This document shows positions 23,483 through 38,518 of a stretch of DNA of 64,000 nt, one piece after another (the first letter of the stretch is position 1; each line of letters starts with the position of its first letter). The notes beneath the pieces are model-generated. The model saw only the letters and a program-made list of their open reading frames with translations. It made no database searches and was not told the origin of the DNA. The DNA lies in NCBI GenBank assembly GCA_028534125.1, contig CM052816.1, positions 69,070,001 to 69,134,000 on the forward strand, written 5' to 3'. A program made the position numbers and the translations under genes. The DNA is from Lama glama. Its lineage: Eukaryota.

Positions 23483-26397
23483 ATAACTGTAAATCTAAGA
23501 GATCCTGGCATTAAAAGGCTTTGTGGTCTTCCTCTGGTCATCAGTTAATCAGTAAGCCAAATAGCCACTGCAAATCCGCAGAAGGGCTGATCCAGCCTGC
23601 CTTTGTTTCCAGGCTGCCCTTGTCAGTGGACTAAGAGGGGAAGCCGCCCATTCCCAGCCTGCAGAGGGAAATGGGAGGGGGCGTGAGCAGGTGCGCGATG
23701 GGAAAACTAAAGGTCTTATCTTTTCAGCCATTTTAAATTATCTTCTTTGAAAATATAGCAAAGAAAATAAAGACGAAACATCATCTAAATTCAAATGTAG
23801 TAATTTCCTGATTATCTTTGCAGTTAATGCAAAGAATCTCCAAATAACCTGAAAATACTTTACTATGTGACTGTTCTCATCTAGTGGTTCCAAACCTGTT
23901 GCCCGGGAACCTGTTAGGGTTAGTTTTATTGCAGTAAGATCCTAAATCTACCTACATATGTACCAAAGCATTGTTTCTAGACTGAATGATCTTTTCTATG
24001 TATGTGTGTTTTCCTTTTTTAAATGTGTGCAGATGTGCTCATTAATAAAACGCAATTCATTTAAAGAGGCACTGAATTGACAGGTGGTTTCTACCAGTTA
24101 TGTGTGGTTTTGATTAGTAGATATTAAAAGTCCAAGTATTATTAGGAGAGGGCCAGGGAACTTTTTTTTTTATCTTTATGAAAGGATTATCCTATTTTTA
24201 AAATGGAGAGAACTGCTCTAGAGACTGGCACAGGAGAAGTTTAGAATTTCTAAAACTGTGCATTTTGCAATGGAAGAGAATTATTGACTCTCTGGCATAT
24301 GCTGGGCACTGCAGGAGATACAATCACACGATTCATTTCATTTCACCTGCAGAAGTTCTCCGAGCGATTGGGAGTAATGATCCCATTTTAGAAATGAAGA
24401 AGCTGACGCTCAGAAAGATTTAAGTCAGTCTGACCCTAAAGCTGGGCTTTCTCTACTAGCTGCCATTGAAGGACATTGAAGGGCAGAGTAGGTTGGAGAA
24501 CTGAAATTATTCTTTGCAATGAAGGATTAAAATATAAGTTAGCTCTCTGGCTTGATTTATTTAACTACCAGGTCAATATTTGCTGTTGGCGAGTAGAGAA
24601 AATAATTTCTCCTGAAAAAGCAGGAAGGAGGATTAAAGTCAAGCTCTTTGCGAGTCAATCCATTACATTTTCTAAATGGACGTGGAGGCAATAATAGCCT
24701 TCAGAGTGGCTGGAGCCCGGCTGCAGATGAGTCTTGCTGAACCCAGCTGGTTCTCCCTGCTACAACTGTCCATCAGCAGCCCAAAGAAAGGCTTTGGTTT
24801 AATTAGTCTCTCTTAGCATTTATATTTGCAAAGTACTCTGCCATTAATCTAATTCATTATTCCACATAACAACCTAAGTAGGTTGATAGAGCCAAGATGG
24901 GGCGGGGGGAGCGGTTGGCTAAGTGATTTCAGGTCACCCTTCTGAAAGAACTGGCAGGTCAGGAACATCTGAGGTCATAACAGAAAATCCACAGGTCACA
25001 GCTGCTTTGATGTTCCCCTCCTTCCTCCTCTTTGGTCGTAATTAGTATAATAGTTGGGATTATTCTAGTATTTGTTTGGATATAATTCCTTTTGATACCA
25101 TTTCCATTTTGTTTCTGGATTCATGAAATGTTCAAAGTACCTCATGGCAGAAAGCATTCTCTCCCTAATTTCATGTTTCATTAAAGACAACTTTCAAAGT
25201 GCTCTTTCTAGTACAAACAAGCAAAAAAACAAACAAACAAAAATAGCATTTGGTTGTGGGCCTCTGTTCTAAATTAGGCAGATCCAGAATTCTCTTTCTC
25301 TATTTTTTTAAATATGATGACTCTTGAGTGTACTGGGAAATATTTTTTAAAGGCTTTTTTGTGAGGGATAAGAACTCCCTGGGTTTGCTTAGATAACAGA
25401 GACTTGAGAGACTGTTAAGCCATCAGCCAGCCCTTTATTAAATCATGTTATGAAGGGAGTACTTGTAGGTAATTGCAGGGTCTGACCATGCCTGCTTTGT
25501 TCCCTGCCTCGAGTCCCTGAGGGCAACAAAGAGGCCATTTCTACCCATTCCGTGATGCAAAGACCTATGGGCCTGCAGAGTTACTGCTGGATGAACAGTT
25601 TCACAGGGCGAGGGGACTGTGCTCATCAGGCTCTCTGCATGGTGATCTCGTTTGGTGCTTTGGGAGTCAGACTGGTAAAGCACTCCTGGGAACAGGGTCA
25701 GTATGGGGCCCGTCTTCATTTCTGTTTAGCACATAAGTGAATTTATAACTTTGCTGATATCACTAATTAATCCCTTGACAGACATGTGGGAGTAGAATTC
25801 TCTTCTTGCAGGAACGTAACAAAAGCAGACCTGGGTCTTCCCCCACTTTTCTCTTGCCCCTTTGCAGAAAACAGATGGTTTGAGATAGATGAATAATGAG
25901 GAATTATTTGGGGGGAAGGGCTAAGTGTTATTTACTTCTCTCTAGTTTTGATTTTCAGTATTATCAATAGATCAGAAATTGCTAAGGGGGTGTGGGAGTG
26001 TGTGTGTATGTGTGTGCATGCATGTGTGCGTGTGCTCGTGTGTTGCATGTGTGCATTACTTTTATTGTTACAAATTGATTCCAAAATAATAAATGCAGGC
26101 AATGAGCATGTTTTAAATTTTTAAAAAAAATTTTGGAGGTAATATCTTATTTATTATTATTCTCTTTTATTATTCTCAGGAGAAGGTCATGTGGGAAAAT
26201 GCATTTTAGGCCTTTATTGATGTTCTTTTCACTTATGCGTTTTGGCAGTATTTGATTTGGTGAACAGGTGACTGTATTAATGCAGTCTTAAATTGATAGG
26301 GGTCACTTTGCAGGGGGATCAGGTGGGAGAGAGGGTGAAAGTGGGTGGCTCTTGCAGAACAACCAAATTGACCAGAGTGTAATTTCTTCTTTTGAAG

Positions 26398-26529
26398 GAG
26401 CGCTGTCAGGAGGCTTTAATTTTCAGGTTACAGATGGTTTGAACTTTGCACCAGGACAGATTTTTAGCATCACAGCTCGAGCTCTGATCATTAGCTTAGA
26501 AGTAAACAAAGGACTGAGCATCTTTCCAG
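26398..26529 (+). CDS. CSPG4B: CSPG4B coding exon (132 nt, phase 1/1)
   Basis: Acceptor ttcttttgaag|GA. Translation GALSGGFNFQVTDGLNFAPGQIFSITARALIISLEVNKGLSIFP. Donor CAG|GTAAGA. Confidence 0.91.
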
Positions 26530-29500
26530 GTAAGACTTTAACTTCGTTGTTTGGGTTTAAGTGTTTTTCAGTTTATTTAGAAACTTCTACCTGTATGGTG
26601 TAAAATATCATCTTTTACTATAGAGTGATATCATGATATCAACCAGCTACAAAGTCCCAGAAAGAACTATCTCTTCGCAGGAGTTTAGCAAAAGCAAGGC
26701 TGGGTCTTTCCCCCTGCCTCTCTCCCCTCTCCTATTCCTCAGAAGAGGGTGTACTGGGGAAGGGCGATGAGGGAGGAATCATTGAAGCAGCAGGCTTTAT
26801 GATCCATATGCACTTTTCCCCTGCTCTTTCCTTTGGGTCCTTAAAGAAGCAGGAAAACCAGGCTCTGCTGTAACCATCTAGATCTTGGGGTTTTCTTTTT
26901 TTGAATATAAAAACCCTGTGTACCAGGGGACCATAGGGGATTTCACTCAGCTCTTGTTTTGGGTCCCTGAAGCCTCTGGACTACTGTTTGCCAAGAATCT
27001 CAGCCTGGCTGAGATGGAAAGATCCAAGTGAGCATCTCTGGCCCAATACTGTCACTGCAGGGATAGAGAAAGATTTACCCAATTGCAGGGGCAATAAAAA
27101 AGAAGGGAATTTTTTTAGCTTGTTATTTAAAAAAAAAGCATTGAAATAGATAGCACAGGAAATAATAAAATTTATATTACAATTTTAAAAAAAACCTGGG
27201 CTTTTGTAACTTGTTTACTTGATACACATTATCAGTAAAACATGGATGGAGAAAAACACTAATCATTTTATTAATTATGGCCACTCCATGGTCACCCCAG
27301 CCAGGTGTTCTCAACCACTGGGAAGCTTTTAAAAATACCAGTGTCTTGGCCTTGCCTTACAAAACCAATTGAATGGGAATCTCTGAGATGGGACCTGGCT
27401 ATTGTTACTTTTTCAAGTTCCAGCTGGTTCTGAAGTACAGCCAGGACTGAGATCCATGGGGCTAGGCATTGTGCTAGTTAGTCTTTTTGTAACCTTTACA
27501 TCTATGTGAGATAGGTGATATATTCACAGCAAGTTGGCAGGACTTGTGGCTTAAAGAGATGATGTAACTCGGCTATGCAACCAGGAAATGGTAGATAAAG
27601 CTTACATACCTCTAGAGTAGACCTCGAGAAAAATCATTGTTTGTAACTTAAAAAAAAAAACAAGAATTTTTAGAAATTTTGAAACTTTTAGTTACGTTAA
27701 GCTTTTGAGCTCACAAATAGAAGCCTTATCAAAATCCAGTTAAAGATAATGTTAACCCAGATTCTTATCTTCTAAAAACTTTTTATATCCCATATTTTTT
27801 CTCTGAGCATAAGTGTGATGCTTCTGTCAATTTCTTCAAGGCCAAAAGGGTACCATTTAGTATTTAAAAAAATAAGCAAACAACTGCACCCTAGTATTCT
27901 GAAAAATACAGCAATCTATTTTTTAAAAGTTCTAAAATCAGTAAATCTGGTTGCTGCAAAAAATAAAATACCTTTCATCTAGTCTGGCTAAACTATGGTT
28001 TAGTAACTGAAGACAGTTTTATTACATTGAAGGGGAGTTATAGCCACTATAGCTTAGGAAGTTTTTGAATTTCTGGCACCTGTTTTACTGAATATTAGTT
28101 TTGCAAGAAAAATATGTTAACATGGCCCAAATTCCCTTGTCACCCTTGTCGAGCTATGCAAAAACATATAGCTTTCTTAGCCCTCTTCTTAATATTTGGA
28201 GACAGCCCCGAGTAACCATCTCCTCTCCCTTCCCAACATGCACCACATCTGCCCTGGCCTGGCCTTCTTGTATCCTGTATCCGAAAACCCTCCACTGGAA
28301 CTTGCATGTTATCCTCAGATCCCAAAGTGACCTGTTCCTTTTTCTAGCTCCCCCTAGCTCGTTAGGTCTGTTATTCTTGGTTTCTGTGTCTTCTCTCCCC
28401 AGACTGTGACTTATTTCCAGCTCCAGCTCCTGGCCAATAGGAAAGAAGATGCATTTTCATGTACGTTTCCATTAGGCAGCTCTTATATTTGATCTGAGCT
28501 TGGGTGAGTGTGAAATGAGATCCATGGAGTCACAGATTTTAGAATTGAGATGGACCTTGTGGGCCACTTGGCCCAGTTGTTCTTGGCATTCTTCCTACCT
28601 AACATCCCAAGTAGCAGTGACCCTCTCTGTTCTGCATCAGAGTTCTAGGTGTGGGTGTGGCTCTGAAGACCACATCTCCTCATCCTCCCTCCAGGGACAT
28701 AGTTGAGCCTTGCTCAGCCTGGCTCTGCAGTGGCCTCCCAAGGATGTTGGTCCCTGATGCTGTGAAAAGCTGCAAGGATGATGATGACAGATGTGTCACT
28801 CTTTTTCTTTCCTCAGGACCGCCCCACACCCCACCCCACCAGGTCAGGTCCTGCTGGGAGCAGGCCTGGGTGACCTCTGCCTCCCTCATCTATTAGCTGG
28901 CCCCTTGGCTGGGGGAGGAAGGGAGGCACTCTGTGTCCCATCTCCAATGTGACTCCAGGTGTCAGTTATCAGCGACTGCTGCTCTTGTCAGACTCGAGTT
29001 GACCTGTATGTTCTGAAATGTCAGGGAAAACCTTTTCTTTCTTACAGAGCTATAGATTTTATAGAACTGAAATAGGAGAAAATCTCTTCCTATTTTATAA
29101 TAGACGTTCAGATACTATTGATGTCTGTGTTTTTATAGTGTTTGATATTTTTAATCTACTGAACTGGGTTGTTATAAAGATTTGAACAAACTAATGTATT
29201 TAAAAGCAAGTTTTGATCGTTTCTATTTGGCAGATAAAAAACACTGGGCATGTTCAAATTCATGCAACTAATAGGAATCATAAGCCCCAAAATTGAGTGC
29301 CAACTCCAACCCCAAACTGTGTGCTCCAACCACAGCAGCTCCTGTCCCTTGTGTTCGTGCCTTTGTTCCAGGGCTGCCTCTGTTTTAGAATATCAATTCC
29401 CTGTGAATGGGGATCATCATGGTGGCTGTGTACTCTGTCTCCTTCTTGATATTCTTGAGGGACTGATGTATACAACCAGGAAAAGATATATAACAATTTA

Positions 29501-32239
29501 ATAAACAGCAATGTGTATGTGGAAATTTTATATGTTAGGGAAATATTGCAACCTAGCATTAATCAACATTTTTTTTGAAACTCACATTGATCCCATACCA
29601 GTTGGACTTTCTCTATGAGCCCAGCAGACTTTGGCCATACTGTTCTGCCTCCTTTGTGTACTGTCTTAAAAAGTGGCCCTGGCTTGATAAATGTAAGAAC
29701 TTTCTTAGGGTAAGCCAAAATAATTATAAGAATACTTAGTGAGTGAATGTTTTAAGGTTAACCATGGGTTGTAAGGCCTGCCAAATTTGAAAGTCATTCT
29801 TTAACTCAGTTATTTTAAAGTAGGAAGGACTTTAGTTCTAAATGAAATTTTTGTGTTTACAAACTAAGAAAAAAGATCTATTTGATGTATATTTTCATCT
29901 TGTAATTTTCTGTGTGTGTGTGTGTGTGTGTATACACACACATATATATATGTATATATATTTCTGTTTCTTTCTAGACAACTTACTGCCCAGAAAGGAG
30001 TTTTGTAACTGGTTTTTCACCTTGAATGCCACCATTGAACATGTTTGTTTGTTTATCCTTAGTGGTGGCATGTTGGAACATACTGTGGCCCAGAACCTAG
30101 TTTTTCTGTGTAACCAAATTGCACTTGGCTCCTTTGAGAGTGTTGAGGAGGGGTTGACCTTGAGAGTTTTGTCAAACTGGTCTAGAATGTAAGCTTACAC
30201 AGATCCAGAGTTAAGTAGCAGGATATTCATAGCAAACTATGTGACTTCAATCTCCTTGGGGTTTGGTTATGCTATAGAAGGAATCATGTCTCACCAATGG
30301 GCCATCTGTCCTCTGTGGCAGGAATTGAGGGAGAGAGAAAGGCAGGAAGAAGTCACAACATATTGCTAAAGCATTTAGAGCTGAGATTTGTAAAACCTTT
30401 TAGTCAACTGGTTTTGAAGCACTGTATTGAATATTTTAAGACTGAGCAGGAGATAACCAAGAGCCATAAAAAAAGATTTTCAATCCTCAAGGAGAAAATT
30501 AAAGGCTTACTACAGTTCAGGGGAGGGAAATTTCCCTTAGACTGGGATGATCAGGGAGAGCTTGTTGACCAAATGAGTCTCGAGCTGCCCCTGCAGAATG
30601 AATAGCATTTTGATGGGTGGCAACAAAGACATACCAGAGAGGACAGCATGACTGAGGTAGTGAAAACCTGGGAAGAAGCGGGTGTGTCTGGAAGGTAGAG
30701 AGCAGAATCTGTCAGATTTGTTGAATAATTCATCACATTTCCTAACTCAGACATCACTACAGCACTGAGCTCAAAGTAGTATGATAGGCAATATAAGGTC
30801 AGCCTTTAAAAAATACTCGCTTGGCATCAGTGAGACCTACATTTGACCAGCAGACAAATTATTTAGCCTTATCATCCCTTCTTCAGGATGAGGAAACAAA
30901 TTATACTTCTTAGGATTATCATGGCGTCTAAAAGAAAGCGCAGGACTGTGTCGGTGCTGTTTCCTGGTATATCTCCACTCCTGATTGTAGGGCTTGTCCC
31001 ATTCGAGGCACCTGGTAATGTCAGTTGAAGAAATACACAAGACCTTCTATCCTGGTGACCATGAAACCCTTGTTGTCATGGTGGTAGTTGATCTTCATGA
31101 AACAAACACAATAGGATGTAAGTATGTTTGAGAAATACTATTCTTAAAAGGAGGATAAAACAGATATTTTTTTTAACTTCAAGACTCAGAGTGTTCAACA
31201 TGCTGATTTGATTTTCAGATCTCTCAGAGGTACACATGGGGTGAGAGCTGACTAAACAGATATGGTTATAGAACCCTTTTATTACCACACTCCTCTAGGA
31301 CAGTTTTTCTATGGAATATATATTTAGATGGGACCTTAGTGAAATCTTTTCCAAACTAAGTGTTTGGAGCTCATTGATGAAAATATTAATGCTGATGAAA
31401 TGAGTTGGGGTGGGGAGAAAATATTTGGCTCATGGTGAACTGGGCTGGGAGATAAAAGATGCCCATCAGGCAGTTGCAACATGGAGCCAGCTAGTCTTGC
31501 TGACTGAGCATGCTCGAGGTGACTGCTGAATGGGAATTAAACCATAGATGACTTTATGGGTTAGGTGGCTGGTCAGGGAACGAGGAATTGATGTACCCTG
31601 GCCGAGAGAAAAGCACTCTTGACCTGGAATATTTCCCCAATGGGTCCTCTACCCCAAAAGGCTAAGATAAGTGAAATGACTTTTAAAGAGACCCTCCCAC
31701 CTGCCAAAAGTAATCCTGGGGGTGAAGGAATAAGTGAAAAGTTAAGAATCCTTTATAGGAAGGAAATAATTAAGAAGGCACAGTGGGGAAAAGTTCCAAA
31801 GGATAACTGAAGATGAGAAGTTGGATGTCGGGGTCCCCAGAGACTGCACACAAAAGAGACATACTCCACCTGAAAAGAACTGGGACCCTACCTTAGCAGG
31901 TAATAGAAAATGGGCCTCAGTTATGACTTTATGTAACATTGACTAAGGGGACAGAATAATTCCTCTTGGCCTCCCCAGGGTGTCCTTAGATCCTGGGCCC
32001 CCAGCTCGAGAAGCCAGAAGGTGGCAGTGACTGCAAAATTTCCAGCAGCGAGAAGACCTAAGAGGAATGTGGGCGTCTATTAAAGCATCTTTTTTGTGTG
32101 TGACAACTACGGCTGTACCAAGGCAATCCTGAATCTGAGACAGAACTGTGTTCTTTAGGCTGTTATTTGCAGGTACTCCTACCTCCCCAACAGGATCCCC
32201 AGGACCTAGTTAGTGCCCAGCCCAGGGGCTTGGGTATTT

Positions 32240-32780
32240 TACTTTATTTTATTTTGTTTTCAGCTTTATAGAGGTATAATTGAAAAATAAAATTATAAGA
32301 TATCTGAAGTATGCAACGTGATGATTTAATATATGTATACATTGTGAAAAGATTCCGCCACTGAGTTAACACATTCATCACTTTACATTTTTACTTTTTT
32401 TTTTTTTTTTGGTGAGAACATTTTAGTTCTTTTCTTTTAGTAAATTTCAATTATATAATACAGTGTGGTTAACTGTAGTCACCATGTTACACATTAGATC
32501 CTCAGACCTTATTTATCTTATAACTGAAAATTTATAACCCTTTTACCAATTTCTCCGTATTTCCCCCACCCCCTAGCCCCTGGCAACCACTTTCCACTCT
32601 CTGTTTTTGTGAGTTTGACTTTTTTTTTTTTAAGATCCTACATATAAGTGATTCTACACAGTACTTGTCTTCCTCTGTCTGGCTTGTTTCACTCAGCATA
32701 ATGCCTTCCAGGTCCATCCAAGTTGTTGCAAATGACAAGCTTTTCTTCCTTTTAAGGCTGAATAATATTCCATTGGGTAC

Positions 32781-32826
<46 letters not shown>

Positions 32827-33490
32827 TACCTTTTACAACATTTTCTTGACCCATTCATCCATTGATGGAAACTTAAGTTGTTTCTATACCTTGGCTATTG
32901 TGAGTAATGCTTCAATAAACATTGGAGTATAGATTTCTCTTTGAGATAATGGTTTTGCTTCCTTTGGATACATACTCAGAAGTGAGATTGCTGTATCATG
33001 GGGTAGTTCTATTTTTATTTTCTCAAGGAACCTCCATACTTTTTTCCATAGTGGCTACACCAACTTACATTCCCACTGACAGTGCATAAGGGTTCCCTTT
33101 TCTCCACATTCCTCACTAGCATTTGTTATTTCATGTCTTTGATAATGGACATCCTAATGGGTGTAAGGTGATGTCTCACTGTGGTTTTGATTTCCATTTC
33201 CCTGATGATTAGTGATGATGAGCACCTTTTCATGTATCTGTTGCCTAGTTGTATGTCTTTGGAAAAATGTCTATTCGGGTCCTTTGCTCATTTCTTAATT
33301 GGGCTATTTGATTTTTTTTTTTTGCTATTGAGTTGTATGAGATCCTTGTATATTTTGGATATTGACCCCCCCAGATATGTGGTTTGCAAATATTTCTTCC
33401 CATTCCATAAGTTGCCTTCTCATTTTGTTGATGGTTTCCTTTGCTGACCAGATGTAGTCCTACTTGTTTATTTTTGTTTTTATTGTCAGA
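32240..33490 (-). mobile_element. LINE-1 3' fragment (older family) containing (TG)n at 32784-32824
   Basis: Minus-strand peptide SFATTWMDLEGIMLSETSQTEEDKY is the L1 ORF2 end; T-rich tail on the left. Confidence 0.88.
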
Positions 33491-34769
33491 TATTTTAAAG
33501 GGAGCCTCTAAACTGAAGGCTCAGAACAATCTTTGCATGTTTGAAAATCTTACCCAAAGCTGGCTTCCCCCTGTGTTAGCTGTTGTTAAGATCCTGCTTT
33601 TAAGCACCTAATGTGGTTTAAACACTGCAGTTGATGGCCCTGGCTCTCCAAGGCTACAATGACTAAGGAAAGCAAAATGGATGTCATTCAGGAGGCTGGT
33701 TATTACTGGGTGATTGACTCAATTTCATAAACAATTTATAAAGTGCCTACTCCAAGAGCTAGCCTGTGCAAGGCCTATTGCTAAAGCCCTTTAGCAAGGG
33801 CTAAAACAGAAAAAAGAAGGTGAAATTCTGGGCCAGGATGACCATGTAAATCTCTTTCAGATCTGCCATACTGTCAAGTTGGGGATATCCCCCAAATCCT
33901 GCAAAGTAAAGGGATATGTACTCTAGCCCTATGTTCCTTAACTTGTGGTCTACAGACCCCCTGGTCTTTGAACGGGTAAGAACAGAAAGTGAAAGGAAAT
34001 GTTTAGAAATTTTTATAGCAATTTGACATTGCTGCAACATTTTATCATATTTTATAAGATTATTGCTCCACAGTGGACTGGGGGAGAAACACTGATCCTT
34101 CACTGCAAAGCATTTGAGAAGCATTGCTCTAACTTGAATATCCCTGAGTCTCTCTGGCCTCCGGTTGTCAATGAAGTCACATTAGTGCACAGACCCACAC
34201 GTCACTGGTTCTTCTCCCCTTGACATCCACACACGCCCTTCCCATCCCACATTGTCCATGCAGCCCGCACGCCTGGGGGTCCTCTGGAAACGGCTCATAT
34301 TTGTTCCAGAGCCAGCCTCTCCCCTAGGTGTCCACAGATGGACACTCCATTGAGCATCTGCAGCCACCGTCAGGCCAGGACGTGTCTGTCCTTCCAGGGG
34401 AGGACGCTGTCTCCTGTTCTCTCTGTGCACAGGGTGGGCTTCCCTTTCCTCCGCTCGGAGCCCAGCTGGGTGCCACGTACCTGGCATTGCCTTCTTTCTC
34501 TTGGGATCAGGGAGACATGTAGGACTATGGGGGCTGAGGGACCATTTCATGGGATTTTCTTCCTTCATCTCAGTGCCAGTAGCAAAGCAAGTCCACAGAT
34601 GCCTCACAGATCACTAGCCCCATACAGCCCAGCTTCAAGTTAGAGCTAGCCAGTCCTTCGTACATAACCACGTATTTTCCAGAGTTTTCAAGGGTCTATA
34701 AAAGATCGTTTCATTAACTGCAGCCATCATATGCTTTATAGTTACATGCATGTTTTAATCTTCACTTAG

Positions 34770-34942
34770 GTTCCAGGAAGCCCCTTTCATCTCATGACCT
34801 GAGAGCTGTGACCAATGATGTGGACAGTGCAGGAAACAGAACTATTACTTTTACGGTTGTAAGTTCCCCTAGACTTGGGAGGCTGGTGCGAGTAAATTCT
34901 GACAACAGCACAGAGGATGTTTCCGTGTTTACACAGAAGCTG
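34770..34942 (+). CDS. CSPG4B: CSPG4B coding exon (173 nt, phase 1/0)
   Basis: Acceptor cttcacttag|GT. Translation GSRKPLSSHDLRAVTND...TFTVVSSPRLGRLV...SVFTQKL. Donor CTG|GTGAGT. Confidence 0.91.
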
Positions 34943-35462
34943 GTGAGTCCTGACGTCCGTCCATGCAGCTGGGTAGGGCTGGGCGTCTCTCCAGGGCAGT
35001 CCCCTCACTTGTCTTCATCCTGTTAAACCAAGCAGACGTGCCCCTTTGCCCAGGCAATTACTCATTCCAGCTGTGCTGTTTTTAAAGCTGGACACTTTAT
35101 AGTGAATACAGGATGGGACCCAACTGTCAGAAGACACTAAGCAAATTCATATCCTGTATCTAAGAAATAAGAAAGGATCCTTTTTCACTAAAGATGAATT
35201 TAAAAGAAAATCCAAAGCAAAGCTGCAGGTACTCCAGATAAATCCTGCAGGATATATCTATGTACATTTATGTTTAATATATAAAATTATATATATAATT
35301 TCATCTATCACAGTTATATGTGTGTATATAAACATGTACATATGTAAGGTGTGTGTATTTAATCTGCACCCAGAGCTGTCTGTTTTCAACCTCACTGATA
35401 CTTTACCACCACCACCATCCACACACATTTTTATTTACATGTATAAGCCTTCAAATCTTTTG

Positions 35463-35676
35463 ATTTTTTTAACATTTTTTATTGTGTTACAGTCATTTTA
35501 CAATGTTGTGTCAAATTCCAGTGTAGAGCACAATTTTTCAGTTATACATGAACGTATATATATATATTCATTGTCACATTTTTTTTGCTGTGAGCTACCA
35601 TAAGATCTTGTATACATTTCCCTGTGCTATACAGTATAATCTTGTTTATCTAGTCTACATTTTGAAATCCCAGTCT
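35463..35676 (-). mobile_element. LINE-1 3'-end fragment
   Basis: TTTCCCTGTGCTATACAGTA motif and T-rich tail, homologous to 11472-11700. Confidence 0.75.
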
Positions 35677-36339
35677 AGGAATCTGACTGACTGGTCTTGT
35701 TTGCCTATATGTAATTTCATTTTCTAAAAGTCTACATTTCCAAATGGTCTTCTTGAATGTAGTTTTTCTTGCTTGCCATTCAACTTTCTTTTTCCATTGT
35801 TAAGCAGTGTGTACAGGGAACTGATAGCTGATCTGGCTATAGCTTTACGTGACTAAGGAATAAAAAAATCTGAAGTCAAGTTTAGAGGAAGCAAAAGTGA
35901 ACCACATGTCTGCCTTTAACCGTTGAGTCATTTTTCTACAGTGTGATGTGGCCAAATTGAATTCAGCTTATGCTTTGCAATCGCCTTTGGGATGCATTTA
36001 AGGGAACGGATCACGAGGTCAGCAAAAGTTCTGACAGTGACATTGAAAAGAGGAAGTATAAATTCTCTAGTTCACAGATGCACGCTGAAGGAAGAAAAAG
36101 TAATTAGGAGAAAACTATATTCTGTGGGGGAGCTTAATGTGCCCAAAGGCATCAAAACTTGCCCAGGTTCAGTTTACATTTTGAATACCAGTAAGAATTG
36201 TATCAGCCATATAAAGATGGATTGACTCTAGTCCTAGATCTTTAAAAAAATTCTTTTGGTGGTGATCATTGCAAGCACTAGTTTCTACTACCTTTCATTG
36301 CAAATATATAATATTTCAGATTAATATGGTCTAAATAGG

Positions 36340-36730
36340 TTTTAGTGGGTAGGTAGCCAGGACCCACTGGGTTATGCTACAGTAACAAACAACTTCCCAA
36401 CCTCAATGGCTTATAAGCTTATTTCTTACATATATTGCACACGGCCCGTGGGTTGGCTGTGGGTCTGCTCTACATCTCTCCTTTATTCCAGGGTCCAAGT
36501 TGAAGGAGCAACCCCTTTCTTGGGCATTGCTGTGTTTGCAGCAGAGGGAAAAGAAGTGATGGTGGAACCATGAAAAGACTCCTAAAGTTTATGTTCAGAA
36601 GTGCTGTGTATCACTGTTCTCATCTCATTGACTAAAGAATGTCCTGTGAGCAAGCCTGATGTCAGTGGGGTGGGGAAGGCTAACCATCTCATAGGGAGGA
36701 GGCACTGGAACAATAGAACAGTCCACCTTG
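36340..36730. mobile_element. MLT1-type (MaLR) LTR, degraded
   Basis: GGTTATGCTACAGTAACAAACAAC..TCAATGGCTTA..TTATTTCTTAC...CTCATTG..AAAG..GTC..GCAAGCCTGATGTCAGTGGG. Confidence 0.6.
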
Positions 36731-38018
36731 GTGGGCTAGCCTGGTAATCGGAAAACTGTTTTTAATACAAAGAGTGCATTTTCTTGTAAAAACAAACCAC
36801 CTTCACAAGACAACACATTTGTAAACAGGAATTAAAACTCCAAGCTAGTTATAGCTCCACAAAGTCTTGATTGATACAAATCCAATTATTTTAAGGTATT
36901 ATTTTTCCTCCCATTATTCCTTCTACTTTATGAACCAGGAGGCAAGTATCAAGAAAACGCATCAGTAATGGCAAGCATTAGTGTGTGGATTATGTGTTAC
37001 ATTGGCGCTGAGGTTTGTAAGGGGCTTGCACAGTGGTGTCTTGGATGAGGGGCATTAGACCCAGCTGTTGATCCTCATGAAGGCAGGGGCAGGCTCCAGG
37101 CTGGAAGCAAAGTTGGGCAATGTCACAAGTCAGGTGTGGTGAGACAGGAGTTTGTTCTCCTTGATTGGACCAGGGGAGCAGTCCATCTCACCACACACAG
37201 CCCTTTCCTCCCTAAAGCATGCACCCACCAAGCCAGGGGCCTAGTGCAGGGCTTTGACTCACAGGACAAAGCAGAGCTCCTTTTGTTGTGTATAAGGCAT
37301 TAGACTGTCTATCAGACATTTTATGCAAGTACCCTCCTAAACATGACAATTCCCGTCTCCCCAAAGTAGCATAGAAGATATATTTAGAGTCTGCAGAAAT
37401 TCAGCACAGCAGCCCACACTCTGTCTTTGCTGTGTGAGTGTGGGACAGCATGTAATTTAGGAATCGGGTGCCCTGTTGCTGCTCCTTGATCCACTGCTGA
37501 TTTCTTATGACTGAGGTCAGTGCCTTGGTCTCTAAAGTCAGAAGGTCTGGATTAGCTCTGTGAGTAAGGGCAAATGACATATCTTTTAAACCTCAGTTTC
37601 CTTGTCTGTAAAATGGGGGCAAATAGTAGTAATGATAACTGAAACCGTTTTGAACATTCCCCATATCCCAAGCACCATTCTAAGCTTTCTTCTATATTCT
37701 CATTATCTTACTCTACAGGCAGGGATCCTAAAGCACAGGGAAGTTAAGCAACTTGCCCACAGCTGCACAGCACAGCTCAGAAGTGGCAGAGGCAGGATTT
37801 GACCCAGTGTCTTGACTCTTAGGTTGTGCTCTTATCCCCTAGGCTATATTTTCCTCTTGGAGTTTGTAATGAATTAACACAGAAAATGAAAACAAAGCAC
37901 TTAGCACTCTGCCCAACAGGTAGCAGACTTTAAATAAATCATAGCTAAGGCTGTTATGATTATCTTTTTGTCCTTGGAAGTGTGAGAGGTTCCTTTCCTC
38001 TCATAGTAACCAAAGGAC

Positions 38019-38518
38019 NNNNNNNNNNNNNNNNNNNNNNNNNNNNNNNNNNNNNNNNNNNNNNNNNNNNNNNNNNNNNNNNNNNNNNNNNNNNNNNNNN
38101 NNNNNNNNNNNNNNNNNNNNNNNNNNNNNNNNNNNNNNNNNNNNNNNNNNNNNNNNNNNNNNNNNNNNNNNNNNNNNNNNNNNNNNNNNNNNNNNNNNNN
38201 NNNNNNNNNNNNNNNNNNNNNNNNNNNNNNNNNNNNNNNNNNNNNNNNNNNNNNNNNNNNNNNNNNNNNNNNNNNNNNNNNNNNNNNNNNNNNNNNNNNN
38301 NNNNNNNNNNNNNNNNNNNNNNNNNNNNNNNNNNNNNNNNNNNNNNNNNNNNNNNNNNNNNNNNNNNNNNNNNNNNNNNNNNNNNNNNNNNNNNNNNNNN
38401 NNNNNNNNNNNNNNNNNNNNNNNNNNNNNNNNNNNNNNNNNNNNNNNNNNNNNNNNNNNNNNNNNNNNNNNNNNNNNNNNNNNNNNNNNNNNNNNNNNNN
38501 NNNNNNNNNNNNNNNNNN
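38019..38518. other. Assembly gap (500 N)
   Basis: Run of N; L1 sequence lies directly on its right edge. Confidence 0.99.
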
